Below, one piece after another: positions 1 to 6,105 of a DNA stretch of 7,825 bases; within the stretch, counting starts at the first letter, position 1, and every line of letters begins with the position of its first letter. Position numbers and translations under genes: made by a program. The notes beneath the pieces were generated by a model, which saw only the letters and a program-made list of their open reading frames with translations, was not told the origin of the DNA and ran no database searches. The DNA comes from a virus (Duplodnaviria > Heunggongvirae > Uroviricota > Caudoviricetes). The stretch lies in the IMG/VR virus record IMGVR_UViG_2681813268_000005, one strand, 5' to 3'.

Positions 1-121
1 AGAAAAGCCCCAGTTAACATTACGCGTCCGGCAAGACGCTTAACATTAATCTGAGGCTCAATCTATGAACGGCAAATCTAGGTTAGCCTCTTACGTGCCG
101 AAAGGCAAGGAGAAGCAGGCT

Positions 122-277
122 ATGAAGCAGCAAAAGGCGATGTTAATCGCCCTGATCGTCATCTGTTTAACCGTCATAGTGACGGCACTGGTAACGAGGA
201 AAGACCTCTGCGAGGTACGAATTCGAACCGGCCAGACGGAGGTCGCTGTCTTCACAGCTTACGAACCTGAGGAGTAA
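122..277 (+). CDS. hokD: Hok/Gef family type I toxin (small membrane-depolarising peptide), 51 aa
   Basis: Translation MKQQKAMLIALIVICLTVIVTALVTRKDLCEVRIRTGQTEVAVFTAYEPEE matches the HokD/RelF sequence as I recall it; single TM helix plus conserved C-terminal region; AAGGAG SD 106-111 about 9 nt upstream of ATG 122. The ORF track's in-frame extension from 65 is probably not the real start. Confidence 0.85.
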   Translation: MKQQKAMLIALIVICLTVIVTALVTRKDLCEVRIRTGQTEVAVFTAYEPEE

Positions 278-347
278 GAGACCAGGCGGGGGAGAAATCC
301 CTCGCCACCTCTGATGGGTCAGGCATCCTCAATGCACCCACACTTAA

Positions 348-378
348 CCCGCTTCGGCGGGTTTTTGTTTTTATTTTC
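348..378 (+). terminator. Rho-independent terminator downstream of hok
   Basis: Stem CCCGC (348-352), loop TTCG, stem GCGGG (357-361), followed by TTTTTGTTTTTATTTTC. Confidence 0.6.
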
Positions 379-385
379 AACGCGT

Positions 386-415
386 TTGAAGTTTTAGATG
401 GTGCCGGAATAGAAT
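386..415 (+). promoter_or_regulatory. Candidate sigma70 promoter for the downstream rem-like/DUF968/rusA/Q gene string
   Basis: TTGAAG (386-391), 18-nt spacer, TAGAAT (410-415); sits directly after the hok terminator and about 80 nt upstream of the next CDS. Motif match only. Confidence 0.35.
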
Positions 416-497
416 CAAAAATACTTAAGTAGCGCGCAGGGAGAAGAGGGATGGACCCCGAACAGGGGAGTGCTATTTATCTGGAAGGATTCTGTTG

Positions 498-779
498 ATG
501 AAAATCGAAGAATTACGTGAAATTTTTAGTGAAGATGGCCTCTATACTGTGCGCGTTGAGAATGGCGCTATTGTCAGCCACTGCCTTCCAGACTACACAA
601 TTCTGATAATTCAGCCGTCTTTGCCAGCAGGCACGGGCGGCGCTCTCACGCATTTAAATCTGATTGGTACCAGCATCCCCCATGCACTGAAGAACAGGCC
701 GAATGGCTCATTCAGTGTTACCGCAGGCGCGGATGCGAGGTTAAAAAAGCCCTTAGCCTCGACTACCGTCACTGGATAA
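498..779 (+). CDS. Small hypothetical prophage protein, in the position of rem in Qin-like prophages (hok - rem - ydfU order)
   Basis: ORF with AAGGA SD (485-489) 8 nt before ATG 498 (the track's 495 start is a TTG); N-terminus MKIEELREIFSEDGLYTVRVENGAIVSHCLPDY looks protein-like, the C-terminal third is low complexity. Assignment by synteny only. Confidence 0.4.
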   Translation: MKIEELREIFSEDGLYTVRVENGAIVSHCLPDYTILIIQPSLPAGTGGALTHLNLIGTSIPHALKNRPNGSFSVTAGADARLKKPLASTTVTG

Positions 780-854
780 TCTCCGTCAGGCTCCCTTACT
801 CCGAACGGCCAACGCGTCCGTCCCGCACATTCCAGCAACGGATCTGGAGGTAAT

Positions 855-1913
855 GTGCGGGTATTACTTCGACCTGTTCTGGTACCGGAACTCGGTCTGG
901 TTATCGTTAAGCCAGGCCGTGAATCAATGTCAGCATTCCATAACGGCAGAATACTGGTGGAGCCGGAACCAAAAAGCATGCGTAATCTGCCGTCCGGGGT
1001 CGTTCCTGCCGCTCGCCAGCCGCTGGTGGAAGACAAAACATTGCTGCCGTTTTTCAGTAACGCACGGGTGATTCGTGCTGCTGGTGGTGCTGGTGCATTG
1101 TCTGACTGGCTGTTGCGCCATATTAAATCCTGCCAGTGGCCACACGGCGATTATCATCACAGCGAAACCGTCATTCACCGTTATGGTACCGGCGCAATGG
1201 TGTTGTGCTGGCACTGCGACAACCAGCTGCGTGACCAGACATCCGAATCACTCGGGCAACTTGCTCATCAAAACCTGTCAGCATGGATGATTGACGTCAT
1301 CGGTCACGCAATAAGCGGTACGCAGGAGCGTGAATTATCTCTGGCTGAATTATCCTGGTGGGCGGTCCGCAATCAGGTGGCGGACGCGCTACCGGAAGCG
1401 GTATTACGTCGTTCGCTGGGGTTGCGTGCGGAAAAAATTCGCTCTGTGTACAGTGAAAGCGACATCATACCGGGAGAGCAGACAGCCACCAGCATACTGA
1501 AGCAGCGCACAAAAAATATTGCGTTACTGCCTCACGTCCACCAGCAACAGAACCCACCACAGGAAAAGACGGTGGTCAGCATTGCCGTTGATCCGGAGTC
1601 ACCGGCTCAGTATCTCCAGCGCCAGAAATCACAACGGGAAGAGATGCCTGTATACACGCGCTGGGTAAAAACGCAGAAATGCATGACGTGTGGCAATCAG
1701 GCAGATGATCCGCATCACATCATTGGTCATGGACTGGGAGGGATGGGAACAAAGGCTGATGATTTGTTTGTTATTCCGTTATGCCGTAAATGCCGTAACG
1801 AACTACATGCCGGAGTAAAAGATTTTGAAGAGAAACACGGCAGTCAGCTGTTGTTGCTGATTCGTTTTTTAATGCACGCGAGAAATTCGGGTGTTCTGAA
1901 GTGGAAAGCATAA
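855..1913 (+). CDS. DUF968-family prophage protein (YdfU-like) with a C-terminal Cys/His cluster
   Basis: 352-aa ORF; C-terminal CMTCGN...DPHHIIGHGLGG...CRKCRNELH motif typical of YdfU-type proteins found upstream of Q in Qin-like prophages; stop TAA 1911-1913 abuts the rusA ATG. Start uncertain: GTG 855 has GGAGG only 4 nt upstream; ATG 927 and ATG 978 are alternatives. Confidence 0.6.
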   Translation: MRVLLRPVLVPELGLVIVKPGRESMSAFHNGRILVEPEPKSMRNLPSGVVPAARQPLVEDKTLLPFFSNARVIRAAGGAGALSDWLLRHIKSCQWPHGDYHHSETVIHRYGTGAMVLCWHCDNQLRDQTSESLGQLAHQNLSAWMIDVIGHAISGTQERELSLAELSWWAVRNQVADALPEAVLRRSLGLRAEKIRSVYSESDIIPGEQTATSILKQRTKNIALLPHVHQQQNPPQEKTVVSIAVDPESPAQYLQRQKSQREEMPVYTRWVKTQKCMTCGNQADDPHHIIGHGLGGMGTKADDLFVIPLCRKCRNELHAGVKDFEEKHGSQLLLLIRFLMHARNSGVLKWKA

Positions 1914-2294
1914 ATGACTGAACGCATAGAATTTGTTTTGCCTTACCCGCCAACGGTGAACACTTACTGGCGTCGTCGTGGCAGCACATATTTTGTATCA
2001 AAAGCCGGGGAGCGTTATCGCCGGGCAGTGGCGCTTATTGTTCGCCAGCAGCGGCTGAAATTAAGCCTGTCCGGAAGGTTGGCAATAAAAATTATTGCAG
2101 AACCACCGGATAAGCGCCGCCGTGACCTGGACAATATTCTGAAAGCGCCGCTGGATGCGCTGACGCATGCGGGGTTGCTAATGGACGATGAGCAGTTTGA
2201 TGAAATCAATATCGTTCGTGCTCAGCCAGTATCTGGTGGACGTCTGGGGGTGAAGATTTACCCCATAATGCTTGAAGGGCAGGTCAAAAAATGA
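1914..2294 (+). CDS. rusA: RusA-family Holliday junction resolvase (crossover junction endodeoxyribonuclease)
   Basis: 126 aa; LPYPPTVNTYWRRRG N-terminus and DKRRRDLDN...DDEQ acidic catalytic motifs characteristic of RusA; typical size; ATG immediately follows the upstream stop. Confidence 0.85.
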   Translation: MTERIEFVLPYPPTVNTYWRRRGSTYFVSKAGERYRRAVALIVRQQRLKLSLSGRLAIKIIAEPPDKRRRDLDNILKAPLDALTHAGLLMDDEQFDEINIVRAQPVSGGRLGVKIYPIMLEGQVKK

Positions 2295-3112
2295 AACTGG
2301 AAGATTTACCGAAATACTACTCCCCAAAATCCCCCGGCCTGACTGATGCATCGGCCTCAACGTCGAAAGATGCGCTGAGTATCACTGATGTGATGGCCGC
2401 GCAGGGCATGACACAGAATCGGGCTGAGATGGGGGTTTCTGCGTTCCTTGGGAAAATGGGCATTAGTATGAATGACAGAGAGCGGGCAACAGAATTGCTG
2501 ACAGAATATGCACTCAGTCGGTGTGATCGCGTGGCGGCGTTAAGAAAACTCCCGGCAGAAATAAAACCGGCAGTGATGCGTATTATGGCTTCGTATGCGT
2601 TTGAAGATTATGCCCGTAGCGCGGCGAGCAAAAAACAGTGCCCCTGCTGTCACGGAAAAAAATTTATTGAAAGCGAGGTTTTTACAAACAAGATCCAGTA
2701 TCCGGATGGTAAGCCGCCGGTATGGGCAAAGTGTACGAAAGGTGTGTATCCGTCTTACTGGGAAGAATGGAAAAAAGTCAGGGAGGTGGTAAAAGTTGCC
2801 TGTCCGGAGTGTGGCGGAAAGGGTGAGGTTTCCACCGCCTGTAAGGATTGCCGTGGGCGTGGTGTCGCCATTCATCGTGAAGAGTCGGTAAAACGTGGTA
2901 TGCCTGTTATCAGAGACTGCCAGCGTTGTGGTGGTCGTGGCTGTGAAAGGCTGCCATCAACGGAGGCATTTAATGCCATATGCAAAGTGACGAGTGCTAT
3001 CACGCTTGATACGTGGAAAAAATCAGTGAAACGCTTTTACGATACGTTGGTGGTTCGGTTTGACATTGAAGAGGCATGGGCGGAGCGGCAGTTAAAGAGG
3101 GTAACGCGATAG
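2291..3112 (+). CDS. Late-gene antitermination protein Q (lambda-Q family, 273 aa, expanded zinc-binding region)
   Basis: N-terminus MKLEDLPKYYSPKSPGLTD...ITDVMAAQGM parallels lambda Q (MRLESVAKFHSPKSPMMSD...GTDVMAAMGM, from memory); one degenerate and three perfect CxxCxGxG motifs; ATGA start/stop overlap with rusA; followed directly by a lambda-like PR'/qut/tR' module. Confidence 0.8.
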   Translation: MKLEDLPKYYSPKSPGLTDASASTSKDALSITDVMAAQGMTQNRAEMGVSAFLGKMGISMNDRERATELLTEYALSRCDRVAALRKLPAEIKPAVMRIMASYAFEDYARSAASKKQCPCCHGKKFIESEVFTNKIQYPDGKPPVWAKCTKGVYPSYWEEWKKVREVVKVACPECGGKGEVSTACKDCRGRGVAIHREESVKRGMPVIRDCQRCGGRGCERLPSTEAFNAICKVTSAITLDTWKKSVKRFYDTLVVRFDIEEAWAERQLKRVTR

Positions 3113-3117
3113 TGTTG

Positions 3118-3168
3118 TTGATTTTTCCCGAATCTGTGGTAAATTTGCTCTAACGATGGGCGTTTTAT
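3118..3168 (+). promoter_or_regulatory. Late promoter PR' with Q-utilisation (qut) region and sigma70-dependent pause element
   Basis: TTGATT (3118-3123), 16-nt spacer, extended -10 TGgTAAATT (3137-3145); AACGAT -10-like pause inducer at 3152-3157; the stretch GGTAAATTTGCTCTAACGATGGG closely resembles lambda PR' GGGTAAATTTGACTCAACGATGGG (from memory). Predicted TSS near 3152. Confidence 0.65.
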
Positions 3169-3194
3169 GCCTGACGTTAGAAGATTTTTTACAC

Positions 3195-3216
3195 CCCGCC
3201 GCCTGGCGGGTTTTTT
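3195..3216 (+). terminator. tR'-like rho-independent terminator of the short PR' leader RNA
   Basis: CCCGCC (3195-3200), loop GCCT, GGCGGG (3205-3210), then TTTTTT (3211-3216); about 60 nt downstream of the predicted TSS. Confidence 0.65.
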
Positions 3217-3338
3217 ATGACTGAAATCGCGTCAGTACAGTAAACGCGCTGGTGGCGGTGAATACCTGTCTTTCAGCTTGCTGGCTTTTTCGACAAGAGT
3301 TATTGGTGTGTCACGTTAACCGGAAAAGGGAAAAAGAC

Positions 3339-3536
3339 ATGCTAAAACAGCAGGATATGACAGAAACCGCCAGAGTGGTGTTTAATGAATTAAGCGTTAC
3401 CGAACCGGCGACAGTCGGGGAGATAGCGCAGAATACTTACCTTTCACGCGAACGCTGCCAGTTAATACTGACCCAGCTGGTTATGGCGGGTCTGGCAGAC
3501 TATCAGTTCGGTTGTTACAGACGCCTTCCGCAGTGA
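3339..3536 (+). CDS. 65-aa hypothetical protein, possible small winged-helix/HTH DNA-binding protein
   Basis: ATG 3339 preceded by a purine-rich GGAAAAGGGAAAAAGAC; segment ATVGEIAQNTYLSRERCQLILTQLVMAGLADY has helix-turn-helix character; an identical 65-aa ORF recurs at 4576-4773. The track's longer 3252 start is a GTG extension not conserved in copy 2. Confidence 0.55.
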   Translation: MLKQQDMTETARVVFNELSVTEPATVGEIAQNTYLSRERCQLILTQLVMAGLADYQFGCYRRLPQ

Positions 3537-3550
3537 AGGCTTTTTTATTT
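3523..3550 (+). terminator. Rho-independent terminator overlapping the orf65 stop codon
   Basis: GCCTTC (3523-3528), loop CGCAGT, GAAGGC (3535-3540), then TTTTTTATTT. Confidence 0.55.
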
Positions 3551-3563
3551 GTGGTAAATGGGC

Positions 3564-3594
3564 GGCTGGTGGGTGTTAGGGGCACCCACCAGCC
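3564..3594 (+). repeat. Perfect 12-bp inverted repeat (hairpin, 7-nt loop) in the leader upstream of the methyltransferase gene
   Basis: GGCTGGTGGGTG (3564-3575), loop TTAGGGG, CACCCACCAGCC (3583-3594); no U-tract follows; preceded by TGTGGTAAATGGGCGG, which resembles the PR' extended -10. Confidence 0.6.
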
Positions 3595-3686
3595 ATCTGC
3601 TCATGCGTTGGGTTCACAAGCAAACCTCAGGCCCACTGCTTTGCGCAAAAGCAGAATGAGCCTATCAGAGACAGGCTTAATGATCC

Positions 3687-3803
3687 ATGCTTAATACTGT
3701 AAAAATATCCAGTTGCGAGTTAATCAACGCCGACTGCCTGGAATTTATCCGGTCGTTACCCGAAAATTCTGTTGACCTGATAGTCACGGACCGGCAGAAA
3801 TAA
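3687..3803 (+). pseudogene. N-terminal stub of the DNA methyltransferase gene (38 codons, then out-of-frame stop)
   Basis: 3687-3792 matches the 5' end of the full methyltransferase gene (4924-5029) with one substitution; homology ends at 3792, where the sequence switches to Q-gene sequence; the methyltransferase frame stops at TAA 3801-3803. Confidence 0.7.
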
Positions 3804-4351
3804 AACCGGTAGTGATGCGCATTATGGCTTCGTACGCTTTTGAGGATTATGCCCGCAGCGCAGCGAGTAAAAAGCAGTGCCCTTGTTGCTATGGGGAAAA
3901 ATTTATTGAAAGCGTAGTTTTTACAAACAAGGTCCAGTATCCGGATGGTAAGCCGCCGGTATGGGCAAAGTGTACGAAAGGTGTGTATCCGTCTTACTGG
4001 GAAGAATGGAAAAAAGTCAGGGAGGTGGTAAAAGTTGCCTGTCCGGAGTGTGGCGGAAAGGGTGAGGTTTCCACCGCCTGTAAGGATTGCCGTGGGCGTG
4101 GTGTCGCCATTCATCGTGAAGAGTCGGTAAAACGTGGTATGCCTGTTATCAGAGACTGCCAGCGTTGTGGTGGTCGTGGCTATGAAAGACTACCATCAAC
4201 GGAGGCATTTAATGCTATATGCGAGGTGACAAACCAGATAACACGCGCGTCATGGGAAAAAACAGTTAAGAAATTTTATGATGCGCTGGTGACCCGGTTT
4301 GATATTGAAGAAGCATGGGCTGAGCGGCAGTTAAAAAAGGTAACTAGGTAA
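3793..4351 (+). pseudogene. 3' fragment of a second, divergent Q antiterminator allele (C-terminal ~180 residues, lacks N-terminus)
   Basis: Homologous to 2554-3112 of the full Q gene; central segment (3941-4180 vs 2701-2940) appears nucleotide-identical, flanks diverge (about 17 aa substitutions by eye, including Cys to Tyr in GGRGCERLP to GGRGYERLP). The track ORF 3812-4351 begins at an internal GTG; no native start or RBS. Confidence 0.7.
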
Positions 4352-4356
4352 CAAGG

Positions 4357-4407
4357 TTGATTTTTCCGGAATCTGTGGTAAATTCGTCATAACGATGGGC
4401 GTTTTAT
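4357..4407 (+). promoter_or_regulatory. Second PR'/qut copy (divergent allele)
   Basis: TTGATT (4357-4362), 16-nt spacer, TGgTAAATT (4376-4384), AACGAT pause element 4391-4396; differs from copy 1 at several positions in the initial transcribed region. Confidence 0.6.
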
Positions 4408-4433
4408 GCCTGACGTTAGAAGAGTTTCTACAA

Positions 4434-4455
4434 CCCGCCGCCGAGCGGGTTTTTT
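4434..4455 (+). terminator. Second tR'-like terminator
   Basis: CCCGC (4434-4438), loop CGCCGA, GCGGG (4445-4449), TTTTTT (4450-4455). Confidence 0.6.
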
Positions 4456-4575
4456 ATGACTGAAATCGCGTCAGTACAGTAAACGCGCTGGTGGCGGTGA
4501 ATACCTGTCTTTCAGCTTGCTGGCTTTTTCGACAAGAGTTATTGGTGTGTCACGTTAACCGGAAAAGGAAAAGAC

Positions 4576-4773
4576 ATGCTAAAACAGCAGGATATGACAG
4601 AAACCGCCAGAGTGGTGTTTAATGAATTAAGCGTTACCGAACCGGCGACAGTCGGGGAGATAGCGCAGAATACTTACCTTTCACGCGAACGCTGCCAGTT
4701 AATACTGACCCAGCTGGTTATGGCGGGTCTGGCAGACTATCAGTTCGGTTGTTACAGACGCCTTCCGCAGTGA
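4576..4773 (+). CDS. 65-aa hypothetical protein, second copy (identical protein to 3339-3536)
   Basis: Identical translation; a 2-nt indel just upstream removes the spurious N-terminal extension seen in copy 1, supporting the ATG as the true start. Confidence 0.55.
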   Translation: MLKQQDMTETARVVFNELSVTEPATVGEIAQNTYLSRERCQLILTQLVMAGLADYQFGCYRRLPQ

Positions 4774-4787
4774 AGGCTTTTTTATTT
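4760..4787 (+). terminator. Rho-independent terminator after orf65 copy 2
   Basis: GCCTTC (4760-4765), loop CGCAGT, GAAGGC (4772-4777), T-run. Confidence 0.55.
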
Positions 4788-4800
4788 GTGGTAAATGGGC

Positions 4801-4831
4801 GGCTGGTGGGTGTTAGGGGCACCCACCAGCC
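4801..4831 (+). repeat. Second copy of the 12-bp-stem hairpin
   Basis: GGCTGGTGGGTG (4801-4812), loop TTAGGGG, CACCCACCAGCC (4820-4831); identical to 3564-3594. Confidence 0.6.
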
Positions 4832-4923
4832 ATCTGCTCATGCGTTGGGTTCACAAGCAAACCTCAGGCCCACTGCTTTGCGCAAAAGCAGAATGAGCCT
4901 ATCAGAGACAGGCTTAATGATCC

Positions 4924-5982
4924 ATGCTTAATACTGTAAAAATATCCAGTTGTGAGTTAATCAACGCCGACTGCCTGGAATTTATCCGGTCGTTACCCGA
5001 AAATTCTGTTGACCTGATAGTCACGGACCCGCCGTACTTTAAAGTGAAGCCTGAGGGCTGGGATAACCAGTGGAAGGGCGACGATGATTACCTGAAGTGG
5101 CTGGACCAGTGTCTGGCGCAGTTCTGGCGGGTGCTGAAACCTGCCGGAAGTCTTTACCTGTTCTGTGGTCATCGCCTGGCATCTGATATCGAAATCATGA
5201 TGCGTGAACGCTTCAGTGTGCTGAACCATATTATCTGGGCGAAGCCGTCCGGACGCTGGAACGGATGCAACAAGGAAAGCCTGCGGGCGTATTTCCCCGC
5301 CACAGAGCGCATTCTGTTCGCGGAACATTATCAGGGGCCGTATCGTCCGAAAGATGCCGGGTATGCGGCGAAGGGCAGTGCACTGAAACAGCATGTGATG
5401 GCCCCGCTGATTTCTTACTTTCGTGATGCGCGAGCTGCCCTGGGGATAACGGCAAAACAGATTGCAGATGCCACAGGAAAGAAAAACATGGTGTCGCACT
5501 GGTTCAGTGCCGGTCAGTGGCAGTTGCCGAATGAAAGCGATTATCTGAAATTACAGGCGCTGTTTGCCCGGGTGGCAGAAGAGAAGCATCGGCGTGGTGA
5601 ACTGGAAAAGCTCCACCACCAGCTGGTGGATACGTATACCTCACTGAACCGGCAGTATGCGGAGCTGCTGAGTGAATATAAACATCTGCGGCGGTATTTT
5701 GGCGTGACGGTGCAGGTGCCGTATACCGATGTGTGGACGCATAAACCGGTGCAGTTCTATCCCGGGAAACATCCGTGCGAAAAACCGGCAGAAATGCTGC
5801 AGCAGATAATCAGCGCTAGCAGTCGTCCGGGTGACCTGATTGCAGATTTTTTCATGGGGTTGGGTTCGACAGTGAAAGCGGCACTGGCGCTCGGGCGTCG
5901 TGCAATTGGCGTTGAGCTGGAGACTGAACGTTTTGAGCAGACGGTTCGGGAAGTACAGGATTTAGTCAGCCAGAACGGATGA
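4924..5982 (+). CDS. DNA methyltransferase, beta-class N6-adenine/N4-cytosine family (orphan; no restriction endonuclease gene in window)
   Basis: 352 aa; catalytic DPPY motif (VTDPPYF) near the N-terminus and AdoMet-binding FxGxG (DLIADFFMGLGST) near the C-terminus, the beta-class motif order (IV before I); the location between Q and the tRNA cluster is typical of lambdoid and Stx-type prophages. Confidence 0.85.
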   Translation: MLNTVKISSCELINADCLEFIRSLPENSVDLIVTDPPYFKVKPEGWDNQWKGDDDYLKWLDQCLAQFWRVLKPAGSLYLFCGHRLASDIEIMMRERFSVLNHIIWAKPSGRWNGCNKESLRAYFPATERILFAEHYQGPYRPKDAGYAAKGSALKQHVMAPLISYFRDARAALGITAKQIADATGKKNMVSHWFSAGQWQLPNESDYLKLQALFARVAEEKHRRGELEKLHHQLVDTYTSLNRQYAELLSEYKHLRRYFGVTVQVPYTDVWTHKPVQFYPGKHPCEKPAEMLQQIISASSRPGDLIADFFMGLGSTVKAALALGRRAIGVELETERFEQTVREVQDLVSQNG

Positions 5983-5984
5983 TA

Positions 5985-6013
5985 TTGAAGAATTAATTAC
6001 GCGTCGTTATTAT
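5985..6013 (+). promoter_or_regulatory. Candidate sigma70 promoter of the tRNA operon
   Basis: TTGAAG (5985-5990), 17-nt spacer, TATTAT (6008-6013); 9 nt before the first tRNA; overlaps the methyltransferase stop codon. Confidence 0.5.
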
Positions 6014-6022
6014 GCGGCTCCC

Positions 6023-6098
6023 GGCCCTTTAGCTCAGTGGTGAGAGCGAGCGACTCATAATCGCCAGGTCGCTGGTTCAAATCCAGCAAGGGCCACCA
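6023..6098 (+). tRNA. ileZ: tRNA-Ile2 (anticodon CAU, presumably lysidine-modified; reads AUA)
   Basis: Hand-folded cloverleaf: acceptor GGCCCTT/AAGGGCC, D-arm GCTC/GAGC, anticodon loop CTCATAA, T-arm GCTGG-TTCAAAT-CCAGC, encoded CCA; close to E. coli ileX rather than an elongator Met tRNA. Confidence 0.9.
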
Positions 6099-6105
6099 TC
6101 ACATA

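Noticed and set aside
65-121. 19-codon in-frame N-terminal extension of hok (track ORF 65-277), considered as a possible mok
   Set aside because: Classical mok overlaps hok in a different reading frame; Hok has a good SD and ATG at 122, so the extension is most likely just open sequence upstream of the real start.
1-121. Possible Sok-like antisense promoter on the minus strand upstream of hok (TTGCCT, 17 nt, TAACCT)
   Set aside because: The -10 matches consensus at only 3 of 6 positions, and the hokD locus is reported to lack sok; too weak to call without transcript data.
611-1214. Minus-strand ORFs 611-1036 and 930-1214 and plus-strand ORFs 853-1071 and 1075-1290
   Set aside because: They overlap the rem-like and DUF968 genes in antisense or alternative frames, have no RBS, and their translations are low complexity (Pro/Gly/Arg- or Cys-rich), typical of spurious frames.
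1771-2360. Minus-strand ORFs 1771-2001, 2015-2209 and 2178-2360
   Set aside because: Antisense to the DUF968/rusA/Q genes, whose coding assignments are strong; no independent support.
3512-3694. 60-aa ORF 3512-3694 (and its copy 4749-4931) spanning the orf65 terminator, the 12-bp hairpin and the methyltransferase start
   Set aside because: It runs through a terminator and a strong hairpin, has no RBS, and is better explained as non-coding leader.
2540-4114. Minus-strand ORFs 2540-2875 and 3677-4114 (MNGDTTPTAILTGGG...) and plus-strand ORF 2595-2792
   Set aside because: Mirror images or alternative frames of the Q gene and its duplicated fragment; they recur only because Q sequence recurs.
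4993-5499. Minus-strand 168-aa and 74-aa ORFs inside both methyltransferase copies (4993-5499, 5231-5455, 6339-6845, 6577-6801)
   Set aside because: Antisense to a confidently assigned methyltransferase; Arg/Pro-rich translations typical of the reverse frame of a GC-rich gene.
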